Below are positions 1 through 12,520 of a DNA stretch of 64,000 nucleotides, piece after piece (position 1 is the stretch's first letter; each line of letters opens with the position of its first letter). The notes below the pieces were generated by a model, which searched no databases, was not told the DNA's origin, and was given only the letters and a program-made list of their open reading frames with translations. The stretch is from Felis catus. Lineage: Eukaryota. Made by a program: the position numbers and the translations under genes. The stretch covers positions 83,948,001 to 84,012,000 of the forward strand of contig NC_058378.1 in assembly GCF_018350175.1 (NCBI RefSeq), read 5' to 3'.

Positions 1-265
1 AGTTTCTGCGCCCCCCCCCGCCCCAGATCGCGGAGCTGTGCCTGAATCTAAGGCTTGTGTGCACGTTCCCTGATGGCATCGACCCAGCCAAGGCTGGTCT
101 GCTCTTTAACTGGCATACTGGAAGGGAGAAAGGCAGAAAGCACAAAACCTTCTGTCTTGGGGTTACAGCTTGTGTAGACTTTGCACATTCGAAGGGAGCC
201 TTGCTTTAATCGGTCTGTTCCCTCAACTCTCCTGAGGGGCCCTGCTCCTTTTCTGCCTTCTTTCC

Positions 266-539
266 NNNNNNNNNNNNNNNNNNNNNNNNNNNNNNNNNNN
301 NNNNNNNNNNNNNNNNNNNNNNNNNNNNNNNNNNNNNNNNNNNNNNNNNNNNNNNNNNNNNNNNNNNNNNNNNNNNNNNNNNNNNNNNNNNNNNNNNNNN
401 NNNNNNNNNNNNNNNNNNNNNNNNNNNNNNNNNNNNNNNNNNNNNNNNNNNNNNNNNNNNNNNNNNNNNNNNNNNNNNNNNNNNNNNNNNNNNNNNNNNN
501 NNNNNNNNNNNNNNNNNNNNNNNNNNNNNNNNNNNNNNN
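266..539. other. N-run (274 nt), assembly gap or masked sequence
   Basis: Run of N seen directly. Confidence 0.99.
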
Positions 540-866
540 GTGAAAATACGCCGTAAATGAGCGCTCTGCCCTGTGCTCTTAACCCTTCCCTTCCCTTGGG
601 CAGCAATCTCTTTTTCCTAAATGAAAAGCCCCTTCATTAGCAAGGTCTTTGCGAGGCTGGGCAGGGAGGGAACTGTACTACCCCACCTCTAAGAAGCGAT
701 ATGAAAACAATCAGCTATTGCTTCGTATTTGCATACAAAAGTCGTGGCATTTCAACTAGTATTTCACAGGCTGGGGAGAAAAACACCCAGCTATGCTTCC
801 CTCAAATAGTGCAAAGACAAAGAACCTGCAGAAAACGTCAGAGCCTTGAAAACCCACCTTAGAACT

Positions 867-894
867 AAAAAAAAAAAAAAAAAAAAAAAAAAAA
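867..894 (+). repeat. poly(A) tract followed by A-rich low-complexity sequence
   Basis: About 28 consecutive A; no recognisable retroelement body upstream. Confidence 0.9.
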
Positions 895-2193
895 TCGGTT
901 ACAAGAAAAAGAAAAAAGAAAGGAAAAGTTATCACAAAAATTTAAACAATTATTTCAGAAACCAGCTTAAGGGAAAGACAATTCTTTTATCACAAGCACA
1001 CACTGAGCTGTGATTTCATATTCACATCAAAGTCGACTTTTTTTTTAGAGGTTTTCAGCAATTTCTGAAAATATGAGCCATTTTCAGGGATATGTAGTAC
1101 CAGGCACAACAATATTCTGAGCTCCAACATGACTGAAACAGGGTTTTATTCCTAAGACATTTCTCCCAGACATCTAAATAGATGTCCCAATTTTAATCTA
1201 ATTTGGAAAGAATCTTTCCTGACGGGAGGCTCCAAATTCAGGGAGCTGTTGGTCTCCAAAGGCTCATGGATGTGGCTGGAGGGGAAGGATTCAAATGTGG
1301 TTCTTAGGGAATTCGTGAATTTTCCAGGTTTCCGTATCACCTGTGACTGCTTATCTCTGGTTTGCTGTTTTAAGTCTGCATTCCAGTGTTTCTAAAGGGG
1401 AAAACTGCTGTGAACACGAACATTTTCCTTCAGAAGGTTTCCTCTTTGCTACTTAGGACAGGGACCGGCTGCTGGTTCTAATCTCGTACCCACTGGGAGC
1501 CTGCAGAACTCCCTGGAAAGTACAGTGTATACAGCTCCCGAAATGTTTTAAGCATGTGAAAAATGAATGGAAAGTAACATAAAAGCTCTCGATTTCTCCC
1601 CCCACCCTCCTCTATTTCAAAGATTCCTATCGGAACTTGAGGGCCGGGCGACGCTGGGGGAGTCCCAGACGCAGGGTCACGGGCACGAGTCAGTTCTGTG
1701 CAGCCCTCGGTCCCCGCTACGGGCCGTGCAGCCTTTATTACTTTTGCGGGACATTCACGTTCTCCAGCTCTGCTGAGATGCAGGACATGAGGAGGTAGAG
1801 GGCAACGCGCCCACGGGCTGCTGCCTGAACGTGAAGCTACTGTCGCTTGGTGCCTCGGTCACTTCTGGGCCACCGAACTATAAATTCTTTGGTGATATGG
1901 GAATGGTCTGAAAGGTAAGCTGGAAGGACTACACAGAACACGTGCACCTATAACACACAGACTGTTTTACTGTTTGTGTGCCTTTTCCTGTTGGAAATAT
2001 TTTATTGTTTAGGACACAACACAGCTGTAGAGATGTGTTAATTCGCCATTGCCTTAGCAACAGATACTCAAGCTCTTGTGTCAGGTTCCACCAGTATGTC
2101 ACCCGGGCCCTCTCCATGGCTCCACCTCTCCTTCCGCCACTGAGTTTCCCAGCCTTTCTCAGAGGGCAGGCCACTGGGAATAAATCAGATGCG

Positions 2194-2196
<3 letters not shown>

Positions 2197-2243
<47 letters not shown>
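2197..2243. repeat. (TA)n microsatellite
   Basis: tatatata run with one interruption. Confidence 0.95.
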
Positions 2244-2384
2244 TTAATTCTTTAAGAAAATGTGGCAAGGGATACATAACACAAAATTTAGTCCTTCAAC
2301 CATGGCTAAGGGTACAATTCCAATTCCACGGCATGAAGCACAGTCACATCGTTGGGTGTCTTACTGTTTTTAATATTGATTTCA

Positions 2385-3400
2385 CGCCCATTTGTTGAGC
2401 CTGGCCTAAGACCAGGCTGGTGATAGTGCAGTGACGGAATCAAGAGCCTTGACTTCTTCTTGCAAATTTGATGGCTCTTATATCCAGGGACATTGGTTTC
2501 TGACCAGATCTTGGTAAGAGAAAAAGCAAAGGGCACGTGGCTAAAGGCATGCTGTTAGAGAATATGGTGAGGGAGGGCACTTCCTCAGAGGGTGTCTAGG
2601 TATGAGACACCAAGAATATGGAGAGGACCAGCCCTGGTGAGGTCTGGAGAGGAATTCTGTGAGCAAAAGAAACATCCAAGAAATGACAACTGAATGCTTT
2701 GAGTTGATAAGAAAAAAAAAAATACTTGTGTGTGAAGGACAAAGAGGAGGTCACTGAGACAGAGCATACTGAACCCTGAGATGTAGCTCCAGAGGAGGTC
2801 AAGGGGGGATGGGGAGGAGTCCCATGGGACCCAGGGAGGGTGTCAGGCAGGAGCTTCTGTGATATGCTTTACACTAGGGAGAGGTCATTCTGGGATGCCG
2901 GGTGTATGCAGGATGAGTAGTCAGGGCTCAGGAGTGAAAGGAGAGAGTGTCCCCAAGGATCCTCTGGAAGTCCTGAAGAAAATGGGGTGATTGAATCAGG
3001 CTGATGGTGGCAGAGATAGAAATGTGGGTAGAGACAGCACAGTACTGGCTGGGTCTTGCAGTGGAAATTATGTGACAAAACTGGGATGCCTTCTGGGTGT
3101 TAAGCCTGAACAATGCAATACGTGATGGCGCATTTACTCGGTGGGGGAGGGTGAGAGAGAACTGTTTTTATAGGCAGGGAGGCAAGAGTCAAGCGTTGTG
3201 TTTGGGAAAGGTGGGGCTGGCAGGTAGACCTAAGAGTCCAGTGCTCAGCGGAGGAGCGGGGTGGGGTCTACATGCATGGGAGCCTCTGGAGTAGAGAGTG
3301 TGTTCAAAACTATGGGGCAATGAGATGTCTTAGGAAAAGAATCTGTGTCTATTTTTAAAGGGAACAGAATCTTGGCCTCTGACCCTGGATAAGTCCCTAC
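2385..3400 (-). mobile_element. Degenerate LINE-2 (L2) fragment
   Basis: Starts with the antisense L2 3' end (catttgttgagc...ccaggc), followed by typical purine-rich L2 antisense text (ggtgagggagggcacttcctcagaggg; gaaggacaaagaggaggtcactg). Confidence 0.65.
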
Positions 3401-4269
3401 TCTGTTTTCCATCTGAGGAGCAAGAAGGTTGTCCATGGACGATGCCAAGGCTCCTTTCCAGCTGCAACATTCACAACTTCTTTTAATCTCCTTCCAAGGG
3501 CCTTGTTCTTCACACACAAAGATGCCTCTGAGGCGTCCACTGAGTGCTATGCCCTGGATGGAAGGCGGTCATCTAGAAGGCCACCATTACTCTTGAAATT
3601 TCTGGCTGACAGAGTTCACCAGTGGCGAGAGGAGAAAGCCAGTTTTCTTGATGATGAAAGATGCTTCTGTTTTGTTCTTGATGGATGTCGTGGTGGTGGA
3701 GGAATCAGGGGTGGAGGAGAAGGGGAAGTTGAGCAAGTCTGGGTCAGAAAGTGTTACTTCTCCAAATGTTCGTAGTGGCGTAAGGTCCGGGTCATCACGG
3801 CCTCCCTCTGAAACTCCCCTCTGTCTCCTCCACCACTCATTCCTCTTCAACCTTCCTTGAGTCCTCGGGGACTATTAACAGTGAACCAGTTAGATAAGCA
3901 GGGAGCAAGTTGGAAGAAGATCAATCTCAGAGTTTATTAAAAATCAGCTATTGCAGAATATTTTTTAACTCCTCAGGGAAAATACTTCCAACAACCATAT
4001 AAATCCCCTTGGCCTTTAGCTCTGAGCAAACATACCACGGATTCAAAGATGGACTTGGTTTTAAGCCAGCCAGCCTTTCTCGTGTCCAATCCATTGCCAT
4101 CACATTGACAAGTGTTCCGTCTACAGGAGGCTTAGAAAACTAGAAGAATGAAAAGTGCTCCCAGAACCTAAGTGGTTTTTACGAAAGAACATTTCCTTTG
4201 GTATTGCCTGATGTGCCTTACATTGACAAAATGGCAGTTGTGCATGAGGGTAGGAATGAGTCACACAGA

Positions 4270-4420
4270 GGAAGCTTCTGATCCCAGGTTGGACCCTTCC
4301 AGTCGTGTGGCTGTGAGCAAGTTCCTTGACCTCCCAAAGCCCGTTTGCTCATCTATAAAATGGGGATAAGGTCTCAGCACTTCTGTGACTATGATTGTTC
4401 CCATCACTCTAAGTGAGTCT
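4270..4420 (+). mobile_element. MIR SINE fragment
   Basis: MIR core: tgtggctgtgagcaagttccttgacctc...ctcatctataaaatggggataa. Confidence 0.75.
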
Positions 4421-5239
4421 CAATATTATTATGACCAGCAGAGGCTGGAGTCTTCAGAATTCCTGCCTTGGTCAATTCCAAATTGTCAATTTACTCACAG
4501 AACACAATCACGGGGTTTTCAAAAGTTTTCTTACGATTAACTTTTTTCCAAGGACAGTGTTGGGTGGTGGGGAAGCAACCGCTAGTCGCAGAAAAAGTTG
4601 GCTCACATTAGAACCTGATGTTACCTGGCCTAGCAGCACAGCCTTCTTTCAGCAGGGCGTGAACGGCGGCTTCTCATGTCTGAGCAGGAGCCACAAAACC
4701 CCTCCATGCGTTAGGTGGAGTTGCATGGTGCACGGACAGGTCTGCAGGACGACACAGTGGTTGGTTGGCCTGAGCTCATTGGTGCTGGAGTCATGCCCGG
4801 GTCATGGCTGGGACTGAGCCTTGACAGCCACCAGTCCGTGAAGCCAAGGAAACCTCTGAGGCAGTGGCACCAAGCCTCCCCACTACTGTGCAAATTATTC
4901 AAAGCCCTTGTCCGCCTCTCTGCCCTCATCTACCGTGCATGGGGCCGAAGGCTTCAGTTCTGTGCAGCCCAGCCTGATTCTTACCACTGGTGAAGTCCCC
5001 CGGGGGCTCACCCACCAGGAGAGCAAGTGCTGGTGCCTGCCTTGTGCAACGTGGCTCTCACAGCCAATTCGGGCTCCGTGGTTTGGCACAGGTACTTCTG
5101 AAGTCTTCAGATGGAATTACTGAGGAAGGCTGAGAGGCTGCTGAAGAGCAGAGACGCACTGGCCTTGCAGGCCCCCACAGGCACCCAGGGGAATGGACTT
5201 TGGAAGCGGGAAGAAAGGTGACTTAAGAAGGCACGGCTC

Positions 5240-5460
5240 GGGGCACCTGGGTGGCGCAGTCGGTTAAGCGTCCGACTTCAGCCAGGTCACGATCTCGCGG
5301 TCTGTGAGTTCGAGCCCCGCGTCAGGCTCTGGGCTGATGGCTCAGAGCCTGGAGCCTGTTTCCAATTCTGTGTCTCCCTCTCTCTCTGCCCCTCCCCCGT
5401 TCATGCTCTGTCTCTCTCTGTCCCCCCAAAAATAAAAAATAAACGTTTAAAAAAAAAAAA
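5240..5460 (+). mobile_element. Young feline Can-SINE (SINEC_Fc-like), full length
   Basis: ggggcacctgggtggcgcagtcggttaagcgtccgact (A box), gagttcgagccc (B box), (CT)n region, AATAAA and poly(A); TSD aaggcacggc(t/c)c on both sides. Confidence 0.97.
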
Positions 5461-7478
5461 GGCACGGCCCGAGCTGGCCAGGACTCCGGCTCCACTGCCT
5501 GGGCTGCGGGGGGCGGGGGCGTGCACAGGTGCCTCACCTGTGCCGAGCTGTGGCATCACATCCTGCAAACTCTGGGTTCCTCCTACCTGCCCTTCCAGGT
5601 GTCAGGGATGGAGTGGAGAACATGGCAGACCAGGCCTTCCGTGGGGAGGACTGGACTGGAGGGGCGGGGAAAGCCCAGAGGCACACAGCAACTGGAAGAG
5701 TGGATCAAAAAAGAGTGTGCAGGACCCGAGTGTGGACGTGGCCATCAAGCCAAGAACAGGCTATAGACCAGTTGCCACGGCTGCGCTCCGACTGTGCAGG
5801 AAGCACCCCCCTGTGCACCTGAACGTCTAGTGGAGTCTGGCGCTCTGTGGTCCAGGGGCCAGGGGTAGTGGGGACAACTTGGCCTTTTGATAAACGGGAG
5901 GAAGACCAGGAAGATGGGGCTGCGGGGGGTGGAGATGGGAGGGCTGGGCTGGGAGGTGTTTGCTCTTCCTCTAGTATGATGGGAACCATGGATTGATCCG
6001 GGCAAATCCTGGATCTGTACCGCCAATGGGGAGTGGGCAGTGGGGGGACAGCAGCTGGGGTCCACACAGGAAGCCACTGTGGTTGAGCCTGAGACAGACT
6101 CAGGACTGCCAGCATCAAGGAGACAATGTGGGAGGAAGGAGAGCTAAGGAGGGTGGGAGATGGGCCCCGCCTGGGGATGCACAAGCCCCTGGCCACCCTG
6201 TCCCCACTGCCCGGCGTCACGAGTACCTTCAGTTAAGTAACTGTGGTTGCTTCGTTAGCACCTTGCAAAGGGCTTCTCTCATGGTGCTGATGGGGTTGTT
6301 CAGAGCCTACTAATTACTGAGCAAGCGGGATGGGCACACCGTGTTGGGGATCTTAATCTAGGACAGGGTTTTTGCGAGGTTCAGGAAGTTCTCCGGGAGG
6401 GCCATTAACTCTACTGAGCCACAAGGGACTCTTCAGCATCCTTGGGGAATCACGCACAAAACCAGGCTCTGGCTGAGGGCATGTGAACTCGTTTCAGTTT
6501 TTGTTTATCCTGGAGAAGTAAGAGCTTGATTCCCTGTAGAATCAGCGAATGATAAACTCTCACCTGTTCTAGAATGTTCAGTTTTGAATTCCACTATCAT
6601 GCTATTCTAAATAGAAGTGGGATGATATCCAGTCACACACCTTCAAAATGTCAGTTACTATTTTTAAGGATGGTTTCCATTCACCTCGTCAGGCGAATCA
6701 CTGAGCTAAAAAAATAATCGTCAATTGAAGATGCTCTTTGATATTAACACTGGACATTTTCTTTTATAGTTTAATTAAAGTCATGTTACAGTCTTGTGTC
6801 ATAACCAAATCTCTATTTTACAAAACAAAAAAATTAGCCTCCATAGTGTTTTGCCAGTTCACCCAAGAGAAAAAAAATTCACAGTATACTATGCATGAAA
6901 AAAAAATCAAGCTTAGACATTTCTCTACTTTCCACTGATAACAACTCGTCAAAAATGGAAGATTTTGCAGAAAATCTTAGAAAGATTTATTCTTAAAGTG
7001 TCATAATTATGCATAAAAGTCTCCATTATGTCATGTCATCTGAGCACTTCCTGAACATTGAAACCTTCAATAATTAATTTTAATATGAAATTTGGCTGCC
7101 GCTGCACATTTTAAACAACAGCTAACTGGACTACTTAGATTAAAACACATCCGTAACTTGGAAGATGTTTATTTCTTGTAGGATGTAAAAATATTTTCTG
7201 TGTTTCTTTTTGTGGGTGTGGATTTCGTGACAGGAGAGTTTTCGTTCCCAGATAGAGTAGATTTAGAGAAGTTTATTTTGCCAATATTGCTGGACTGTGA
7301 AATCTTGGATTGAAAGAGCTACAAAAAGACAGATCAAGTAAAAAATCTCTCCCCACATCAAAAATGCAGAACGACGTTAAAACTCCAACAACAACAACAA
7401 AAAGATTTCAGTATTTCAGTTCATGTACCTCGCACAATCTGCCACTCTCCAAGATATCCAAAAGCTCCAGATAAATCA

Positions 7479-7674
7479 NNNNNNNNNNNNNNNNNNNNNN
7501 NNNNNNNNNNNNNNNNNNNNNNNNNNNNNNNNNNNNNNNNNNNNNNNNNNNNNNNNNNNNNNNNNNNNNNNNNNNNNNNNNNNNNNNNNNNNNNNNNNNN
7601 NNNNNNNNNNNNNNNNNNNNNNNNNNNNNNNNNNNNNNNNNNNNNNNNNNNNNNNNNNNNNNNNNNNNNNNNNN
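7479..7674. other. N-run (196 nt)
   Basis: Run of N seen directly. Confidence 0.99.
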
Positions 7675-8250
7675 TTTTAATTAACATTTCCTAGTTTCCT
7701 TTCACCTCTTTTCAAGGTCACCTCCTCCTCCCTCTTTGAGGAAAGGCACCACAGCTGCCACAGCAAAACGAACTTCCCTCCAAGTCCTTAGCGTGAGGAT
7801 TGAGACACGATATTTTACAGCCCCGGTTTTTAAAAAAATAAGTAATTGTGCACCAAGGTAAATATTGAATCATAGCAGCCCGTTAGCAATGATTTAAAAA
7901 TGAATTGCAAATCGAATTTTCCGACCTTGTTAAGATTGTAACTTGTCTTTGCTAAGTCCCTCGATTTGAATTATGAAATACGCCTGAACTGTTGAATATT
8001 CAGATTATAATCCAAGTCTAGGAGAGTTTAGCTATCAATGCTGCAAATGAGCCTCATGCATAACACAACCTATCTACATAGTGTTTGTATTCTCTGTTGA
8101 GTACCGATTAATACATTCATTTGTTCAAGATTTATGATTTTGCTAAACTGTTTTCTCTCTTTTGTAAATTAAGAAACCAGTAAGAATGGGGCTTTGTTAT
8201 ATCAATGGGTTTGTTCCATGCCACAAATTTAATGTACGGGGTCACTCAGA

Positions 8251-8398
8251 NNNNNNNNNNNNNNNNNNNNNNNNNNNNNNNNNNNNNNNNNNNNNNNNNN
8301 NNNNNNNNNNNNNNNNNNNNNNNNNNNNNNNNNNNNNNNNNNNNNNNNNNNNNNNNNNNNNNNNNNNNNNNNNNNNNNNNNNNNNNNNNNNNNNNNNN
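8251..8398. other. N-run (148 nt)
   Basis: Run of N seen directly. Confidence 0.99.
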
Positions 8399-9420
8399 AG
8401 GGAAATCTGTGTTTGTGATAGCAGCACTTTTCCCGCGATTTTCCTCTATTATTCTTTGTTGGCATTTAGCATATGGAAGTGAAAGTGAAAATCTAAGATG
8501 GGGGTTATTAACTATGATTCCAAAGTAAATAGAAAATGCACCATGCACTCGTCTTGGCACTCTAGAAAAACTAGGAGTCGTTTTAGGAAACGAGGAAAGC
8601 AGACCTTTGAAGACACCTTCACTGTGCATTTTGAGAGATGCTATAAATAGTCCTTCGGTTACAATCTTGGAAAACAGCGCCCGGTTTGATCTATGTTTGC
8701 CTTGAGTGTCTTTTAGTTTTAGATTTGATTTGGGGAAGATTTTAATGTTTTCATTTTATGTTGCATATGTGATGACCATTATCTTTCCAATTCATTTTTA
8801 TTTTGATAGATTCATATTGTTAATTACTGTTGTATTTCAATTTTCTCCCTAGTATTTTTGTTCCTTCATAATGGCTTTATGGTTCACTGGACCGAAATGA
8901 GTAAAATGAAAGATTTCCAAGATTTCTTCTGGGAGTAATTTACAAAAGACCACCATTTTTTAATTGCTCCTGATGTTTAGTTCTGGATATCTGCTTCAGA
9001 AAGAAATCAATCTCCGTCTTTTAGGTGCCATACTGAGCACATCATCATCTCTTTTAGAAAACTTGATAATTAAACCTTTTTTTCTCCTTAAATTACTTAA
9101 ACATTTTCCTTCTCAGTCTGATTCCTCTAGCAGCTTAGAGCACAATAGTGCACATATTATCTCTGTTTACATTGACACAATTCTTTTCTTTTTTGTAGAA
9201 ACTCGTTTTGCTCTTTAGTGTAGGGAAAAATAATAATTATCAGTGTGACGTCAAAAATAATTAAGGGAAATAGCAATGTTTACCCAATAGGAGAATTCTT
9301 CCTGTGCAAGAATGAAAGAGGATTAATCTCCCAATATTACTATGATTAAAATCATCTGCAGAATCCCAAGTACAAGAAAAAGTTAACAATTGATACATCT
9401 TCAGTAAGAAACAACTTATT

Positions 9421-9636
9421 AAAATTTTTTTAATGTTTATTTATTTTTGAGAGGAAGAGAGAGAGAGAGAGCACAAACAGGGGAGGGGCAGAGAGACAGG
9501 AGACACAGAATCAGAAGCAGGCTCCAGGCTCTGAACTGTCAGCACAGGGCCCGACGCGGGGCTCGAACTCACAAACCGTGAGATCATGACCTGAGACAAA
9601 GCTGGACGCTTAACTGACTGAGCCACCCAAGTGCCC
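9421..9636 (-). mobile_element. Feline Can-SINE
   Basis: Antisense SINE body ending actgagccacccaagtgccc; TSD aagaaacaacttatt (9406-9420) / aagatacagcttatt (9637-9651). Confidence 0.96.
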
Positions 9637-11234
9637 AAGATACAGCTTATTTAAAAAAAAAAAATGGTATGTTAAAGATTTCATAGCATCATTGATAAAA
9701 TCAGTGGGAACATCCTGTCAAGAAGAAAATTCTTGTGAGGCCCCTTGCAAAGATTCTCTTAGAAGGCAGTGTTGCCTGTTCTCAGTAACAGGGAACACAC
9801 ATTCCCAGGAAATGTGCTGACTTCAATGTCAAATTAGCACGTGGATGGAGAGGGACCTCTCTCTTCCTTACCTTTAACTAGACGGCCATTGCCAATTTGG
9901 CACAGAAAATTGTCACAGTGAGACATCTCCTATAACTATTTTCTGTACTATGTAGTCACCCCAAATTGTAATGTTGCAGTAACTGATCACCAGCATTCTT
10001 CTTTTCTTTTGGAAAACTCTACTCTTAAAGTTCATGCTGATTAAAAATGTCTGTGTTACAAAAACAGAGAGAGTAAACTATTATCCTTATGTCTGCACCA
10101 AATATTGAGTTATGGCTCATGCCCAGACTAAGATTCTTCTTTCGCGGCAGGTTTATACAGTCTAAACCGGGCTGTGAGTCTGTATGTGACAATCCTGTTT
10201 CTCCTTTTCACTTGATATCCAAAGGACTGGTCCATATTTTCCATCAGAGTTTAGAACATATTACGTGACACTTTTTGCAGCAGGTTTATTTTCCTAATTA
10301 TGCTTGGCTTTGATTAATATTAAAATCGGTTGCCATCTCCTCAGTGTACATGGTGTTGGAAAGAGGCCCAGGAACACACAAGGAGTCGAAGGGAAGCCAG
10401 CCGGATATTTTACTGTGGACGATTCACATACAGGATCAGGAGTGGACTGTAGTGAATTCTGTTCAAGAATCATACTTCTAGAAATAGCTTCCACAGGAAG
10501 GAAGGAAGGTCCAGGCTCTCAACCAAGGGCAGCCTCCATTGGGCCATAACACGCAGGCTTCCACAGGCACACGTCCACAGTCAGAGGGAGATTCACCATC
10601 AAGTCTGAAGCCTCTGGGCTCACGTTTGGGTGGGCACCTAGCAGGGTTCTGGGAGTCCCCCAACAGTGTTGCACTTGTAATCTGGAGGACCTCCAACATG
10701 ATATAAGCTCTTGACTCCCCCACCCCAAAAATGTGCACATATTTTGTTTTCTGGTTTTATTTTCACTTGTGCATGTATCCAGGCTTGAATTAGAAACAAC
10801 CTATTTGAAGGCAAGGGGGGTGGAGGAGGGCACAACCTCTCCCTTGGGTCCATTTCAATCTCCTGGAAAAGGCATGTCTCATACATAATGTCCTTGAATG
10901 CCCTCCCCAGGTCCCCACACCCATGCCTTCCTTCCAATTTCCCCAGCCAACTGTAGCCCCTAGTCTGGGGTCTCACCAATATCATGCCCAATGCCCCTTT
11001 CCTGCCCATCTCCATTGCTTGTCCTGCCTGATTAGTCTTTCTACTGAACATACCACTCATCTGTTTGGACTGGAATGCAGAGTGAGAAGGAACAGTCTCC
11101 TTAGCTACATTCAAGGACCCCCGTGGCCCAAGCACATACCCTTCTCGACCAGCTGCCCTTCTCCCTTATGCACACTCTGTATTCTAGGCAACTTGTAGAG
11201 GTAGAAGAAAAGACCAGGGAAGGAATTCCCCACC

Positions 11235-11415
11235 TACCCCTGACCAGCCCCGTGAATTTGCATGCATGAAATCCCCTATGCTTCCATTTGTGCCTCTATA
11301 AAATCATGCTGAAAATAGTTCCTACCCCACAGGTCTAGTGTGAACATAAGCAAGGTAAAATATGTAAAGTTTGAGGCAGTGCTTGGTACACAGTAGGTGC
11401 TCAATAAACGCCATG
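11235..11415 (+). mobile_element. MIR SINE fragment
   Basis: ctctataaaat...atagttcctaccccacagg...gtgcttggtacacagtaggtgctcaataaa, the MIR core and 3' end. Confidence 0.75.
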
Positions 11416-11489
11416 TTCTGTTTTCAATACTGACAATCTCCTAACTGTCCGTGCTGATCTCATGGCAGTCACTTAGCCTCCGTCAATTT

Positions 11490-11680
11490 ATAGAGTGCTC
11501 TTCCCCAACCCTCACTTACCTGTCAAAATCCTCACCGCCCTTCAGGACTTATCTATTAAGTATCCCACACTTGGCTTTGTCACTGTCCAAAAGGGGCCCT
11601 GTCTCAGCCACCTCTGAATCTCCAGGGCCAACTGGAACAGAGCATACACTCAACAAATTAGCGTTAAATGAATAAATGAG
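11490..11680 (+). mobile_element. L2 3' end fragment
   Basis: ctgaatctccagggcc...ggaacagagcatacactcaacaaattagcgttaaatgaataaatga, the L2 tail. Confidence 0.6.
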
Positions 11681-12261
11681 CCGAAATGTAACCTCTTCCA
11701 AGGAACCGTTCCAACCCCTCCCATCCAAAAGCACTCTTGCCCTCCTCTGAGCTCGGATAGACCATTTTTCTGCACCTTTAAGGTGGTGTCGAATACTTTC
11801 GGGTCTTATAATTGGGGAGATGAGCTAAACACAAACACAGCCATAATATATTGAGCTCCTTGGGGGCAAAGGCTGTCTCAGCTGCTATGATGGAAACATC
11901 CATGACATTCATGGCAGACCCTAAAGGATTATTTTGATGGAAGGTGTTCCTTGCTCCATGTAATAGATCCAATTTAGCCAAGTGCTCTATCAAGCAAGTT
12001 TCCGATGCTCTCATTGACTTAATTATAGATACATAAAATTTGGCACGGATTACATGAGTGACTATTTAACCCCTAGATCCCCAGATAAATTGTTGACATT
12101 GTTTTGGAAATAATCCCTAAAACTTGAGTTATTTTTTTTCTCCCCCCTAGCACGAAGTTTAGAGCGATTTTTTTTTTGAGAGCTCCCCTCCCCCACGTCG
12201 TTCCAACCCTTACACTTGCAGTTCTCTCTGCAGACATCTTTGCCCAGTAATAATTACGGTG

Positions 12262-12425
12262 NNNNNNNNNNNNNNNNNNNNNNNNNNNNNNNNNNNNNNN
12301 NNNNNNNNNNNNNNNNNNNNNNNNNNNNNNNNNNNNNNNNNNNNNNNNNNNNNNNNNNNNNNNNNNNNNNNNNNNNNNNNNNNNNNNNNNNNNNNNNNNN
12401 NNNNNNNNNNNNNNNNNNNNNNNNN
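12262..12425. other. N-run (164 nt)
   Basis: Run of N seen directly. Confidence 0.99.
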
Positions 12426-12451
12426 CACCGGCAGCAGGGACACGGAGGTGG

Positions 12452-12520
12452 GCTCAAGATGGCAGCACATCTCTTCATGGCGCCCGCAGGCCAAGGAAGG
12501 CTGTTCCGCCAGGTGGCTGG
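12452..12520 (+). promoter_or_regulatory. Candidate YY1-like (caagatggcagc) and CTCF-like (ccgccaggtggctg) motifs
   Basis: Motif resemblance only, in a short GC-rich patch next to an N-run. Confidence 0.3.

Noticed and set aside
241-546. Gap 1 as a masked exon (pyrimidine tract before it, gtgaaa after it)
   Set aside because: The donor is weak and none of the other ten gaps shows consistent splice signals on either strand; probably chance, though not excluded
181-606. ORFs spanning N-runs here and at the other gaps
   Set aside because: Open only because N codons are not read as stops
3587-3860. Antiparallel ORFs with Ser/Thr-rich peptides
   Set aside because: Short, no homology recognised, no convincing splice sites or processed-pseudogene hallmarks
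5240-5320. tRNA-like A and B boxes
   Set aside because: They form the tRNA-derived head of a Can-SINE, not a tRNA gene
12257-12430. cggtg / caccg inverted flanks around gap 4
   Set aside because: Only 5 bp, does not extend, and is not seen at other gaps
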